In this document: piece by piece, positions 24,655 through 38,200 of the stretch
Position numbering within the stretch: the first letter of the stretch is position 1
Layout: each line of letters begins with the position of its first letter
Source: Eledone cirrhosa
Taxonomy: Eukaryota
Assembly: GCA_964016885.1 (NCBI GenBank)
Contig: OZ024743.1
Coordinates: forward strand, 248,806,001 to 248,870,000
Length of the DNA: 64,000 nt
Reading direction: 5' to 3'
The notes under the pieces: model-generated
What the model saw: only the letters and a program-made list of their open reading frames with translations
Database searches by the model: none
What the model was told of the DNA's origin: nothing
Translations under genes and position numbers: made by a program

Positions 24655-27212
24655 AAGAATGAGAAATAAGATAGATTGAAGGGACGGACAGGGTGGAATT
24701 TGAAAGAATGTCATTTGAAAAATGTCTTGCTTTACAGCAAGAGTTAAGGCCCTTTATTATCTGAGTTCAAATCCTGCTGAGGTTAACATTGCCTTTCATC
24801 CTTACGGGGTCAATAAAATAAAGTACCAGTCACACACTGGGGTCGATTTAATCAACTTCTCCCTCCCCCAAAGTTGCTGGCCTTGTGCCTATATAAGAAA
24901 CTATTATCTCAAAACATCCCATCCAACCCATGGCACCATGGAAAAGTGAATGTAAAAATGCATACACATATCATTTTCAGGGTGCCACACCTTAAAATTT
25001 CGTTTATATATATCTATAACATTTTTTGCAACAATAATATGAACAAGTTCAATCTTAGTTTTATTTCCATTGTGTTTATGTACAACTGGAGTAGATTAAA
25101 ATATGTGTGTGTGAAAAAAACATGTTGAGTATTTTAATTAGTCGAAGTAAAAATGGTGCTAAATATGGAAATTTTAGCTAAAATACTTTCTGGTATGTTT
25201 TTTATTCCTTGCAAGAACATCCTGTAATGAGCAACTGTATCTCGGTGTCACCACTCCTGTTATTTTCTCTCAAAGAAGCAAATCTGGCCTGAAGGCTTAT
25301 GATTTTTTTCTGATAGAAACTAAAATTGATTATCTTTGAGAAAAAGAAACTATAATTGGAGTTTTGATATTTTTCTTTAATTTACAGTTTTGTTTGATAT
25401 TTCATTTCTCTCTTTTCTAAATTATCTCCCAATTTCCTATTGTGCATTTAGCATAACCATAAGGTATTATTGTGCATTTAGCATAACCATAAGGTATTAT
25501 TCACATCAATGTTTTTGTTACAATACTGACTTGAATAGTTGATTATAGCAATCCTGTTTCTAGTCATTTATTATTATGTGGGAAATGTTATTTAGTGTCT
25601 TTGAGCTGGTACAAAGAAATATAGTAATTATCTATTCCATAGGCAGAAAAAGAAAGGTTTTTAGGGGATAAATAAAAATTCTTTTTCTTCTTCCACTTTT
25701 TTGTCCTTGAGAATGTCTTCCTGTGGGTCCTGTCAGAAGCAACTGTTTCCAGTTGATCTGGCTGGATTCCCAAGCAAGACCAACCGAGCTCATAGATGTT
25801 AACTAGCCATCTTGCTTGGAGGTCCACCCCTGGGTCTCCTGCCAGTTGGTTTTGGCCTGTAAAATCTGTTCAGCGATTCTTTCCTTAGACATTCTAGTCA
25901 CATGTCCATAGTATCAGAGCTGTGATCTCTCAATTTGGAGAAGTAGCAGTTCTACTGGAGCAACTCTCCGATTTCCGAGCTACACACTCTATTGGTCATC
26001 AAAAGAAGGGAGGTAGATGTAAAAGCTAAACTTGCTATCTTCAATTCGGTGTTCATGCCAATCCTTACCTTGGATAATGATCAAAAGAATACAATTGCGA
26101 ATACAAGCGGCTGAAATAGGGTTCCTCTGAAATCATTTTCTATTAGTGAATTTATGGAAGTGAGGTAAGTTAGCCTGTAGAAAGCATTAAAGAAGCAAAT
26201 TGAAACCAAGTCATAGATTTGCTTCACTAAAAATTCTTACATAATAGTACAGTGCCTCTCAGAACAAATCAATGATTTCTCTGTGATGTGTTGTTAGATA
26301 TTGAGTCTCAAATTAATTTCTTTCAACATAAGAGTTGAGTTGATTAGGTATGGAGACACAGTTCTGATTCAAATTATAAAGTTCTCTGACGGTCTCTGTG
26401 GCAACTCTAATATCTATGGATAACCATTGACCCTTTCATTATCATATTTCTAATGAGAGACACTGACTAGGATTTTGAAATAATTTTGAAAATAATCAAT
26501 CTGGAAGGATTTAGTAATATGTCTAACTTTCCCAATATTAAGATGTTGTTTGGAACAACAAAAGTTCTTTCATAAAAGTATGATGGAAATTTTTTTGATA
26601 AATGTAAAAACTTAAAAATAAACAGCTTTGTATTGTAGAACCAGGGATAATTTCAGGTGGCTGGTGTCAAAAGAGTTAAGGTTAGATAAATTTCTGTTAA
26701 AATAAACAAACTTGAATTTAAAAGTGTAAGTGCATGAACAATTCATGAAACAAATTATGCTCAGAGCTCCAATTCTACATACTTTTTTGATATCTAATTT
26801 GGTAGATACACAGGCCTCTTATTTATTCTGCTCTTGGGATTATGTGTTCATATCATAAAAATATTGCAGATTGTTATTTCAGATATGGTAGTTATCTGGA
26901 GTTTATAAATTACACTTATTTTACAAGAGCCCCATGACCAGCCATATTTTAATATAGGCATGTTGGTACAATAGTAAAACACCCCCAGTAGACTTTATAA
27001 AGTGTTTGGTGACAGAAAGGGCATCCAGCTATAGAAAACTTACCAAACAACTTCCTAGTGCTGGTGTCAATAAAATGCACCTAGTACATACTGTCGAGTA
27101 TGAGAACATATCTAAGTAAGATGTACCACTCTTCCTTAACCTGTTTGAAAGGCCTGGGGTCTGAAGACATGTCCAACCCTTGCTTGTAGATAAAATGGAT
27201 GTTAAATAATAA

Positions 27213-27388
27213 TAATTGTTTCTACTTTTGGCACAAGGCCAGCAATTACCCAGTACATTACTTGTACTTTATTTTATCGACCCCGTAAGGATGAAAGGCA
27301 AAGTTAACCTCGGCGGGATTTGAACTCAGATCATAAAGGGACGTAACTACGCTGGAAAGCATGTCCGACCTTTCTACCAATACTGCCA
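27213..27388 (-). mobile_element. SINE family B
   Basis: Reverse-complement match to the 8955 copy. Confidence 0.8.
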
Positions 27389-27574
27389 ATTACAAGTGAA
27401 TGTGTATTTTCAGTGCTTGTATGGATGTAAGCAACAAGAACACTATATATAATAGTTTTCTACATAACACTAAAAGAATTAAGCTCTACTGGTCTAAATA
27501 AATTGGCTAAAAACAATGAACAGCTAAAACATGGTTACAAGAAGATCATGATACACTTCTCAGCTGTGGTCCAT

Positions 27575-28001
27575 ATCGTTTTACGTCCGTTCTTCCACGC
27601 TAGCATGGGTTAGACGGGTTGTCCTGTTGTGGGCAGTGTCCGGTCGGCTGACTTTGTCTTGCTCATACGGGAACTGATTCTGGCTTGATTTCTACAGCTG
27701 AATGCCCTTCTTAACACCAACCTCATTTACAGTGAGTGCTGGGTGCTTTTTTCCTGTGGCGCCTACACATCCACTTTATAGTGTGGGCTGGGTGTTTTTT
27801 GCTGTGGCACCTCCACGACCACTTTGCAGTGGAATGATAGCGACTCCAGTCCTATCATCTCATTTCTACAGCTGAGTAAACTGGAGCAATGTGAAATAAA
27901 GTGTTTTGCGCAAGGAAACAACACAACACCCGATCCAAGAATTGAACTCACAACCTTTCGATTGCAAGCCCAATGCTCTAACCACTAAGCCTTGTGCCTT
28001 C
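27575..28001 (-). mobile_element. SINE family A with an extra internal module and an alternative 3' tail
   Basis: Head and body match the 621 and 59951 copies; tail ctaacccatgctagcgtggaagaacggacgtaaaa. Confidence 0.85.
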
Positions 28002-28614
28002 ATGTTATATCATTGAGGTGAAGTATATTTTGTGGTTTAAGATAAAAATATTTTAGTCAAAGAAGTATCCATTTACTTCTTTCAAATACACCAATCACTT
28101 ATTAAAAGAAAGGATGTATGTTGAGTGCCTGAGTGGATTCTTTGCAAAATTTTGAAGAGATTTCTGTACATTTAGGAATATCTGTAACAGGCTTCATACT
28201 AATGGGTTTGCTAAATGTATTCATTGCCATTGAGTTCACTGACATTGGATTTATTATATTGTACTTATTCAGCATATTATAACAATATCTGATCAGTTGT
28301 ATTTTAGTTTGCTTCTAATTTATAATCATAGATTCTATCAATATTCCACTAGTGTTAACACACTATCTTAAAGATAGTATTTGAACAGTGACATGTTCTT
28401 TGATACATAGAGATTAATTAATGTATTTTTTTCATGGGTGTAAAGGGATAAATCGTAAAATACTTGAAATCAATGGGGGCAAATGATAGAGTCACTGACT
28501 TAGATGATTCTTATTTGGCTGGAAACATTCATTGTTGTTTATACATATATTTACTACCATTAAAGCACCATCCTATGGCAAAAGAGAACCCCTTGTCCCT
28601 TACATGACATTATT

Positions 28615-31600
28615 GCCTGCTGCAATAACTGGCAATGTAAAAACTGCTACAACTCTGGGAAACTAAACCAGAACAACCTGCCACCCTCTACACACCATCA
28701 TAAACTGCGAGCAGGGTACAAATTGTTGTCCTTAAATGCTCGCAGTTTATGCAACAAGATACATCTGTTCGAATCCTACGTCAGAAGCATCGACCCTGAC
28801 TTCATCACAATCACGGAAACATGGGCACATTCCTTACTCTGTGATGGGGTTTTCAGCATTACTGGGTACAACCTTTTCCGCAAGGACCGCATTAACCGCC
28901 GTGGTGGTGGTGTGATGGTCTACGTTCGTTCAAACTTTTCGGTAATTCCTTGCGTTGATTTGAACGAATCACAAAGAAGTTTTTTTCTGTGACATACGTA
29001 TGACCATGTCAACACTTCTGCTCGGTGTTGTTTATCGCCCCCCAAACTACCATCAGGACACACAGCTTTGCGATATCCTCAGAGTTGCTGCCAAGAAAAC
29101 AGCCACTTATGTGTTTATTGCAGGTGACTTCAATCATCCCGAGATCGATTGGGAAACCTTTCGTTGGCCACAAGGTGCAAACGATTTCCTTGAACTAGTG
29201 CTGGACTCAAACTGGTCACAAGTAGTCACCTCTCCAACAAGAGGTGACAACACTTTGGACCTGATCTTCACCACTACTCCTGAAGTGGTTATCAGTTGTA
29301 CTACTGAGGAACCTCTAGGCGACTCTGATCATGCTATGATCATTGCCAATCTGGCACTTGAGGGCAGCAACAAAAACCAGAGCCATTTCCAATCTGCTTG
29401 CTTTGATCGGAAGAGGGCGGATTGGAACTTGTACTGCACTGAGCTACAGCGCCCAAACTGGCATGAGATGTATAACTCTGGAGATGTGAACTCTATACTC
29501 CAGAGCATCCTGGACTCAATATGGATAGCGTGTGCAGCATCAGTGCCACGGAAGCGGAAAAATAACCACCCCAAAAGTGCAATCTGGGAAACTTCAGTGG
29601 TCTGACTTGCCAGGAAAGAACGTCGGAACGCTGAACGGGAATATAAACTGCATAAATCAGATGCCAACAGAAAAAAGCGGAATAAATCTTCTAACCATCT
29701 CAAGCAAGTGACAAAGAAGGCAGTGCTTGAATTTGAACAGTGCATCGCAACCAATCCTGACAGTAAGGTGTTCTGGAAATATGTTCATTCAAAGCAGAGA
29801 CCTCACTCTCCAGTTGGTCCTCTTCGCAATCCCCACACAAGCCAGATCACTGACGATCCCAAGGAATGCGCAGAACTCCTTGCTGAGTGCTATGCAAGTA
29901 TTTTTACTGTTGAAAACCAGAATGTACCATCTCCACCATCAAATTCCATAACAACTATGGAATTTATACCTGCAATGTTGCGACGTCACCTTAAGAATAA
30001 GCGCAACTATGCCTCCCCTGGTCTTGATGGTGCGACATACCTGCTTCTCAAACGTTGCGGGTATTTCCTTTTGCGCCAGCTTTCTTTCTTCTTTCAATAC
30101 TGTCTCAACAATGGTGCTACTCCGGAGCAGTGGAAAACTGCCAGTGTCATTCCCCTGTTCAAAAAGGGCAACCGCATGTCACCGGTCAACTATCGTCCAG
30201 TCAGTCTTACTAGCTGTATGGCCAAACTGATGGAATCCTGTGTCAGAGAAACACTTTGGAACTTCTGGAGCTCTCACAGCCTCATCCGGCCCTCACAGTT
30301 TGGATTTATCCCTAACTCCAGATGCTGTGATCAGCTTATCAAGTTCCTTGAGGACATCACCCGGATCACTGACAGCGGCTCATGGGTGGATGTTGTTTAC
30401 CTTGACTTTGCTAAGGCTTTTAATTCTGTGCCACACAAAAGACTTATGGCAAAACTCTCTGCAATGGGTGTGAGGGATGATCTTTTCGACTGGTTGAAAT
30501 CCTTCATTCTCAGCCGAAAAGAAGTAGTCACGGTTCTAGGACAGCATTCTTCTTCATATGAGATGTCATCTGGTGTACCACAGGGATCTGTTCTTGGTCC
30601 TCTTTTGTTTGTGGCATATATTAATGACATAGATGCCAACTTACAGAATGCCACGGTACTAAAATATGCAGATGACATCAAGCTGTACCTTGAAATCAAA
30701 AGGACTGATCCTGAAATTTACAACTCTTTCCTACAATCAGACCTGGACACAATGCAGCAATGGATCACAGACTGGCAACTGAAGCTGGCTGTGGACAAGT
30801 GTACCACCATGCATTTTGGAAGGAAAAATCCAGCGTCCACATACTCCCTCCACAACACTGATATCAAAAAGTCCTCTTGTGAACGTGACCTGGGCATTAC
30901 TGTCAGCAGCGATTTGCATTGGACAAAGCATGTCTCTAAGATTGTCAAGAAGGCCGAGGGTGTCTTGGCATCACTCAGCAAGATCTTTGTTAGCCGCTCT
31001 CCAGCCATCTATTTAAAACTGTATACAGCTATGATACGACCACACTTGGAATTCGCATCATCAGTCTGGAACCCCTATCTTGCTCAGAACATTGACCTCC
31101 TGGAAACTGTTCAGAGACGTGCAACCAAGCGCATACCCGCCATCAGACACCTACCATACTCTGAACGCCTTGCTTCCCTGGGCATGGATTCATTGAAGCT
31201 CCGACGTCTGGCAATGGACTTGGTGAATACCCACAAAGTTTTTAACCATCTCGCCAATTGCAACCCTGAGCGCCTCTTTGATCTCCATGTGTCTAACACA
31301 CGTGGACATGCCTACAAGATCAGAAAACAGCACAGCTCCCATGACTTTCGTAGACATTTTTTCACGCTCAGAGTTGCTGAAGCATGGAACAAACTGCCTG
31401 CGTCAATTGTTAGCTGCCGAGACACTGCATCCTTTAAGACATTCATGCTTCCCGAAATACGCCAAAACTACACCTGATGTACCCCTTCCATACACATGTG
31501 TGTATCATGACTCGTGCACTGTTCATTTTACTGATGTTTGTGTATTGCCCTATCTACTGTACATGCACTTTTTGATGAGTTGTGGTGCACCTGGGCACTG

Positions 31601-31632
31601 TACACAATATTTCATTATTGTTATTATTATTA
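28615..31632 (+). mobile_element. CR1-group LINE ORF2 (APE + RT), nearly complete, one frameshift and one stop
   Basis: LNARSL, ITETW, GGGV, GDFN, LDL, SDH (APE); NYRPVSLTS, YLDFAKAF, GVPQGSVLGPLLF, YADD, RPHLEFA, TRGH; (TTA)n tail. Confidence 0.94.
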
Positions 31633-31634
31633 TA

Positions 31635-31753
31635 TCATGACTCATACACTATTCATTTTCCTGACATTTGTACATTATTCTATGTACTATACATGCACCT
31701 TTGATGAGTTGTAGTGCACCTGAGCACTGTACACAATAATTTCATTATTATTG
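31635..31753 (+). repeat. Second, diverged copy of the CR1 3' UTR directly after the first
   Basis: tcatgactc...tacatgcac..ttgatgagttgt.gtgcacctg.gcactgtacacaat..tttcattatt repeated. Confidence 0.8.
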
Positions 31754-32569
31754 TCAAGCCTGTAGTTCATCTACTGCTTACAATTCTTTCATTGTAATAG
31801 TCGTCTCAAATGGGATAAGCAAAATTCCATCATTCTCTCTCTCTCTAGGGAGCAATGTGAAATAAAGTATCTTGCTCAAGGATATAATGCATCACCCAGT
31901 CCAAGAATTGAACTCGTAACATCACGATTGTGAATCCAACTCTGTAACCACTAAGCCACACACCTTCACAAATAATAGCATAATCAGTGTTTTTTATCCC
32001 CAGCATCTAACAAATCATCATTGTCTCCACACCTCTCATCCAACCACAATCTAATCACAACTACCCCTCATACACAATGACTTCCACATTTCAGACTTTA
32101 TGGCACACTTTGTCAGTTAACTGATCAAAGTTCTGCCAATTCATTATTAGGTAACCATGGTGGCAAATGTGTTTCAACCCTGACAAAAACCATCCTCTTG
32201 GGCATGTCCCTTCACATACAAAGCTCATAATCACAAATCAGTAGTGGAGACTAAGAACACTACGTACAACACCGAGGGCATAAATCACCCACTTCAAACA
32301 ATCAGGTGGATTTTACTCACAATCACAACTCATGCAAAACTACTATCTATAAAACTAAAAGACAACTTTGTACATCACTCAACTGATGAAGGAGCTGATC
32401 GTTCTTGTTCCTTGCAAAAAAGATCACTACCAACTTTGCCGAATCATCAACCACAATGTAATAATAGTCCCAGGGTAAAAGCTTCCTGTGTTTTCTGCCT
32501 GATTTGTTACCAACTCTACATTGTATATCATGTGTGAGTAGTAGTCACACATGATTTGATAGGTGTAGA

Positions 32570-33048
32570 GACAGTGATACCAGCACCAGCAGCTGGGGCT
32601 CAACCTTAATACCGAGTTCTGTCAGCTAAATACATTATCCAGCCTGTGGCGTTCGAGATGTTTGGGGGAGTCGGGCTACTGACAGCGAGGTTCTTATCTT
32701 CACTGGTGGCTCACCAAACAGAGGTAACTGGTGATGCTCGTGAGGACACTTGGTTGTTCTGGCACCTCAGCCTCGCCAGTATGGTAACGCTGCGAGTGTG
32801 CTGGGTTGCCTCAAAAATTATTAGAGAGGTTTCCCAGTGCTCCTCGCTATATTGCTATCTTTTGCTCTGGTAGCATCTCGTTTTTTCCATTCTTTCGCCT
32901 GCATATTGTTCTATGGGGTCTAAGATGTGGTGCTTGTGTATTTTTTCTTTCTTTTTTTTCTTTTACCTTTCCTTTGTATATATTATATTTGTTAGTGTTT
33001 TTGTTCTGTAATCATATTAAATTTTTATACAAATGAGTTTAAAAAAAA
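32570..33048 (+). mobile_element. 3' remnant of a restriction-like-endonuclease non-LTR element (CRE-like)
   Basis: QPVAFEMFGGVG..TARFLSSL...TGDARE..WLF..LSLA, then (frameshifted) GNAASVLG; T-rich UTR and A tail. Confidence 0.6.
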
Positions 33049-33054
33049 GAGTTA

Positions 33055-33807
33055 AACTGTGTTGTTAATTAAAACATATTTGTTTTACCCTCCCGTTTGC
33101 AATTCACCGAACGCTATCATGACTGTGTGAAAGTATGTGTATTTATCTGAGTGTATGTCCGTGAAGGTGTATTTTTAAAAGTTTGTTTGTGTGATTATAG
33201 TTATATACTCATACATATAGATGTATGTATGTGCATAATCATACGTGTCAGTGTGTAGAAAGTCATAATCACTATCTCTCTCATCACAACTCTCTCTTTC
33301 TATATATATGTAGTTGTGGTGGTGGTGGCGACGATATACCAGAAGTGTAGAAATTTGTAACTTTGAAAAGAAGTCAATTTTAAATTATAAATACGAAATT
33401 TAGTACATAAATTATGTAATATTATTCATTATTTATTCAAAGTAATCAAACTCATTTTACAAACGGGATAAAAAAATTTATTCTGAATGCAGTCCCGCAC
33501 TCCTTACTTTATTATAGTTTAGATTGTGGGTGGGTGTGTGTAAAACCAGCATTCGTCGCCATTCTCTCTCTCTCTGTATAACGGCCGATCTCACTCTCTT
33601 TCTTTAGATGTATATGTATGTGTAGTTTGCATGCAACCAACCAACCAACATTTATCTAGGGACTTCATTAGACAAAAACTTGGGTCCAAAACACTCCTGG
33701 GAACATAACGCATGTTTGTTCCAAATTTGAAGAAAATCGGTTGCAAACTGTAGAAGTTAAGTGGGTACAGACATACACACACGTCCTCAGTTTTATATAT
33801 ATAGATA
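33055..33807 (-). mobile_element. Non-autonomous Helitron-like element (5' part)
   Basis: Minus strand starts A|TCTATATATATAAAACTGAGGACGTGTGTG, a typical Helitron 5' end; 33393-33525 is homologous (inverted) to 14143-14277; no 3' CTRR end identified. Confidence 0.6.
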
Positions 33808-35640
33808 AGAGCCATATGTTAAGTTACTAACATAATGAAATAATAATTTGAGTAAATCCATCAAAATTCTTCATTAATTGAAATGGAGTGTATTTCATTA
33901 GATATATGGTCATACCAGCTGCTGTAGTGCTGGTATTCATTTTTAGCTGAGTGGACTAGAGCAACATGAAATAGTGTCATGCTCAAGGGCACAATGTACA
34001 ACCCATTAAGAGATACAAATCATGAGACTAACAGCTTAATCCCTAGGCCACACACCTTCATTGAAATATAAATCCTTTTGATACCAAACAACTTTAAACC
34101 ACCCTTGGTTCTCTGATGTAAACCCATTTGTTTAAAAGTGTGTGTATTCAAATTGAAACTTTCCTTCATAATATTATGTAAGCAAATCTGAAGTTACTTT
34201 TCAGACACCAGCTTAATAATTTAAAACATTAGTTATTTTACTAAATCCCTACATATTCATTATTTTCAAAATTAATTGAAACAATTAGGCAGTACAAACC
34301 TTGCTAGCAGGGAGAATAGATGATGATGAAAGTTACTAAAATTCCTATAAAAGATATTAAGAAAACAGCAATCACAACACTAATGGCATTGATATGTATT
34401 TTTCTTTATTGACTTCCTCTAAATACACACTAAAAACCCGTAGTTAAATCAGCATCAACAATATAATTAGAAGGCACGGAACCAATATATATGATTAAGA
34501 AACTTTGAACTGATTTAATTTCACTTTAAAATAAAAAGTGGAATTTAAAAATAACTTGTATTTAATTATAAATCCAATAATTGAAGAAATTCTGCCAGCA
34601 AAATATTCTAGTATATTTTTCATACATGAAATAAAAACAAAACTGTGAGAATGTTAAACCTAAACATAATCTAATGAATTTTATATAAATTAGAATTGCT
34701 TGCTTATTTTTCTTTTTAATGGATTAGTCATGGAGGGGTGGCCAATGCCTATGAAACTATTTTTTTCCAGAACCTCATAGACTGGTAAGAAGGGAGAAAA
34801 GTATTCTCAAACTGAAGACCTGGCTCAAAGTCTGTTAAAAGCACATAAGAACCAGGTGATGGTGTTAAACCGAGTAACAGCGTAAGTCTGCTACCCAACA
34901 ATTTAGGAGCTGTAGCAAATACCACAAGGCATATCTCATCCAATGTTCCAATAATTCCACCAATCCAACCCTCCAGACTGAAACTTTATCTTAACCCTGA
35001 AAAGATGAACAGCAAGGTTAACCTCAGTGGGATTTTATCTCAAAATGCATAAAGCTGGAACAAATATTGCAAGGTCATTTTTCCTATGCTGTCATAACTG
35101 GCACAAACAATTATTTAAAAAAAAACAATGAATGAAATATTCTTAAACAGTGATTACTTTCATAAACACATGGTCAATTTTACCAAGAGAAAGGTGATTT
35201 CATGAAATTATTTGGCTTAATATGCTACTGATATATTATATCAAGCATGAGATGAAAACCCTGGCCACTGAAATTTGAACATTATACCCTTGGCCATTTT
35301 CCGACACCCTCCTAATCTACTTAATACATATCAACAATGTTCTATTAAAGTTTTCATTACAAATATAAATTATTTTTTTTGGGAAAGTAAGTTGTTGGGT
35401 ATATAATCCCCTAAAGACAAAAAAATAACACATAATTGCCTATGAGAATCAAGTACTGTCTACTTTTTTGTCTCTTGGGGCTCATATGCCCAACTTGTTT
35501 GACTATTTTCTTAGTAGAAAAAATAAAACTCAAGTTGAAGTAGCTAACACTTTCAAAAAAATTAAAAAAAATTCTAAATTAGCTCAACACTTCTTGAACA
35601 AAATATATGTATATTTTGATGACAGAATTTCTAAGATATG

Positions 35641-35730
35641 ATGCAATACTGGTTACAAGATCTGATCAGTTTCTTTCCAAATGAAGGATTTCAGAAACAT
35701 GATCGTCATAGGGGCATGTTACAAATGCAT
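35641..35730 (-). promoter_or_regulatory. SECIS element (type 2) in the TXNRD 3' UTR
   Basis: Minus strand AUGAC-GAUCAUGUUUCU-gAAA-UCC(uucauuu)GGA-a-AGAAACUGAUC-AGAU: AUGA/GA core, 11-bp helix with one bulge, unpaired AAA, apical mini-helix, lower AUGCA/UGCAU stem; 160 nt past the stop. Confidence 0.92.
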
Positions 35731-35889
35731 TATAACCAGTTTAGCACCAAACTATTTTGTCACTGCTGCTGCCCACACCTTGATAAAAAAATTATCAAAT
35801 TTACTGAAGATAGTTCATTCAGAAATGAATCAAACTATATTTTCAATAAGTATGTATTTTTACCAAGGTGCGTAAAGGGCAGCAGCAAA

Positions 35890-35958
35890 TTAACCTCAGC
35901 AACCAGTAGCTTCCACACTCACCCCACTTCTTTTACTGACAGCTAGGGTTGTAAAAAC
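35890..35958 (-). CDS. TXNRD: TXNRD last coding exon with selenocysteine UGA (35896-35898)
   Basis: VFTTLAVSKRSGVSVEATGC-TGA-GGT-TAA, i.e. a GCUG C-terminus; cag acceptor. Confidence 0.96.
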
Positions 35959-36834
35959 CTGAAAACAAAAGAAATACAAAGAGAAATTAGTATACATCTA
36001 TTTATTTCACCAATCCAACTCAAAACTCATTCAACATTTTTACATCTGTTAGCCATAGAAACCAAGCCAAAGGGCTGAGAGGACCCTTTCAATTATAACA
36101 TGGCAAACTATCTAGTAGTGGTGCCATGAAAGATTCTCCCAGTACACACTGTAACGTTGGTGATACCCAACCATAGAAACCATGCCAAAACAAAAGATCG
36201 AGAGGACTCTTCAGTTCAAGGACACAACCTCTAGTGTTGGTGACATGATAAAATGCACCCACTACACTCTATAAGCTAGTTAGTGATAGGAAGGGCATTC
36301 AAACAAAGGTAGGACCCTTCAGCACCCTAGAACTGGTGCCACAATAAAATGCACCCAGTACACTCTATAGAGTGCAGGAATGTGTGTAAGCAAGACGCAG
36401 CCAGTATGAGCACCTGGTAGAGTATGAGAACATATGTAAGCATGATGCAAGACACTGAGCCATCTGAGAGGTTAGCATCTCCACTTGAGTACTGATTTGG
36501 TCTGTGACAATCCAGCCAACCTATGCTATCAGGGAAAATGGACGTTTGATGAGGATGATTATATACATATATATATATATATATATAGGCTTCTGCAGTT
36601 TCCATCTACCAAATTTCACTCTCAAGGCATTGATCCACCCAAGGCTATACTAGAAGATACTTGCCCAAGGTGCCACAAAGTGGGAGTGAATCCAAAACCA
36701 CTTGGTTGTGAAGCCAACCCCTTAACCACAACAGAAAAATGTGATTCAAATATGTTAAATTAAATATAGGAATTGTACTATAATTTAATACCGTTTTAAT
36801 ACATATCACAGCTTGGCATTATATTAGATTAGCA

Positions 36835-38200
36835 GTGGTACTTAGCATTGCCTGGGTATTGAATATGCAGTCCTCAGTAGTAACGCTAATAACCGTTTCA
36901 GGAGTAGTGGTGAAGAGTAGGTCCAAAGTGTTGTCACCTCTTGTTGGGAAGGTGACTACTTGGGACCAATTCGAGTCCAGCACTAGCTCAAGGAAGTCAT
37001 TTGCACTTGGGGGCCAACAAAAGGTTTCCCAGTCAGTCTTAGGGTGATTGAAGTCCCCTGCAATAAAAACATAAGTGGCTGTTTTCCTGGCAGCAGCTCT
37101 GAGGATATCACAAAGTTGAGTGTCCTGATGGTAATTTGGGGGACAGTAAACGACTCCAAGTAGCAGTGTTGACAGTTGACATGGTCATATGTATATCGCA
37201 GAAAAATACTTCTTGCTGCGATTGGTTCAAATCAACACAAGGAATTGCTGAAAAATTTGACTGAATGTAGACCATTACACCACCACCACCACGATTAATG
37301 TGGTCTTTACGAAACAAGTTGTAGCCAGTTATCCTGAAAACCCCATCACAGAGTAAGGAATGTGCCCATGTTTCTATGACTGTAATGAAGTCAGGGTTGA
37401 TACTTTTGACGTAGGAGTCAAAAAGATGAATCTTATTGCATAGACTACGTGCATTCAAGGACAACAATTTGTACCTTGATTCCAGTCTATGATTATGTGC
37501 AGGGGATGGCAGGCTGTTCTGATTTAGTTTCCCAGAGTTTTTTCAGTTTTTTTATTGTCAGTTGTTGTGGGTACAGTGTTTTCAGGCCAGCTGGTATCTT
37601 TTTTCCATGTTTTACCAGCCTTAATAAACTTCCATATCTGGTCGGCCAAGGCGTAGAACACCCTTCGGGGAAGCACAGCCTAAGTCTTTGGATGAACTGA
37701 CAGCAAATGCCTGAAGATCAACTGTCTTCTGGTACACCAATGGCAATCACTTCGTGGTTTACAGATTCAGTAGCATTCTCAATGCGTCTAGATTCGGCAA
37801 GAGGTACGCAGAGATTTTTTAACAAGGCACTCCGGTAAGATCCCTCATTGTGAGGTTCTACACGAACACTTGATTTTATTCCCGCTATTTCTCGGCTTAA
37901 AGCGGAAATCATTTGCCATATTTCCTCAAACTCCGTATTGACGGTCGATTTTTTTTGTTGTTCTTCTTCTTCAACAAGCATGGTAGGGGAAGACACAGTC
38001 ATTGGTTGTTGTTGAAAAGTAACGGGGGAGGAAGACATGGGTTGCTGTTGTTGATGAAGTCCTTCAACAGGGGTAGTAGCAGAAGCTACGGCCGTTGGTT
38101 TTTGGGTTTTGCTGTTATTCAGGAACAATGGTAGAGGAAGACACAATCTTCGGTTTTTGTTGTTCAGCAGCAATGGTAGAGGCAGACACACAAGCCAGAC
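36835..38200 (-). mobile_element. CR1-group LINE 5' part (ORF1 remnant + APE) in the last TXNRD intron
   Basis: LSLNARSLCNKIHLF closely matches the 28723 ORF; upstream ORF 37718-38191 ends VIAIGVPEDS (ORF1-like). Confidence 0.85.

Noticed and set aside
25440-25500. 30-bp exact tandem duplication
   Set aside because: Ordinary slippage duplication with no further structure
1-35600. A second host gene between the repeats
   Set aside because: No exon with recognisable non-TE protein similarity; small exons cannot be excluded without RNA data
35638-35946. 102-aa plus-strand ORF
   Set aside because: Antisense to the TXNRD last exon and SECIS; no recognisable protein features
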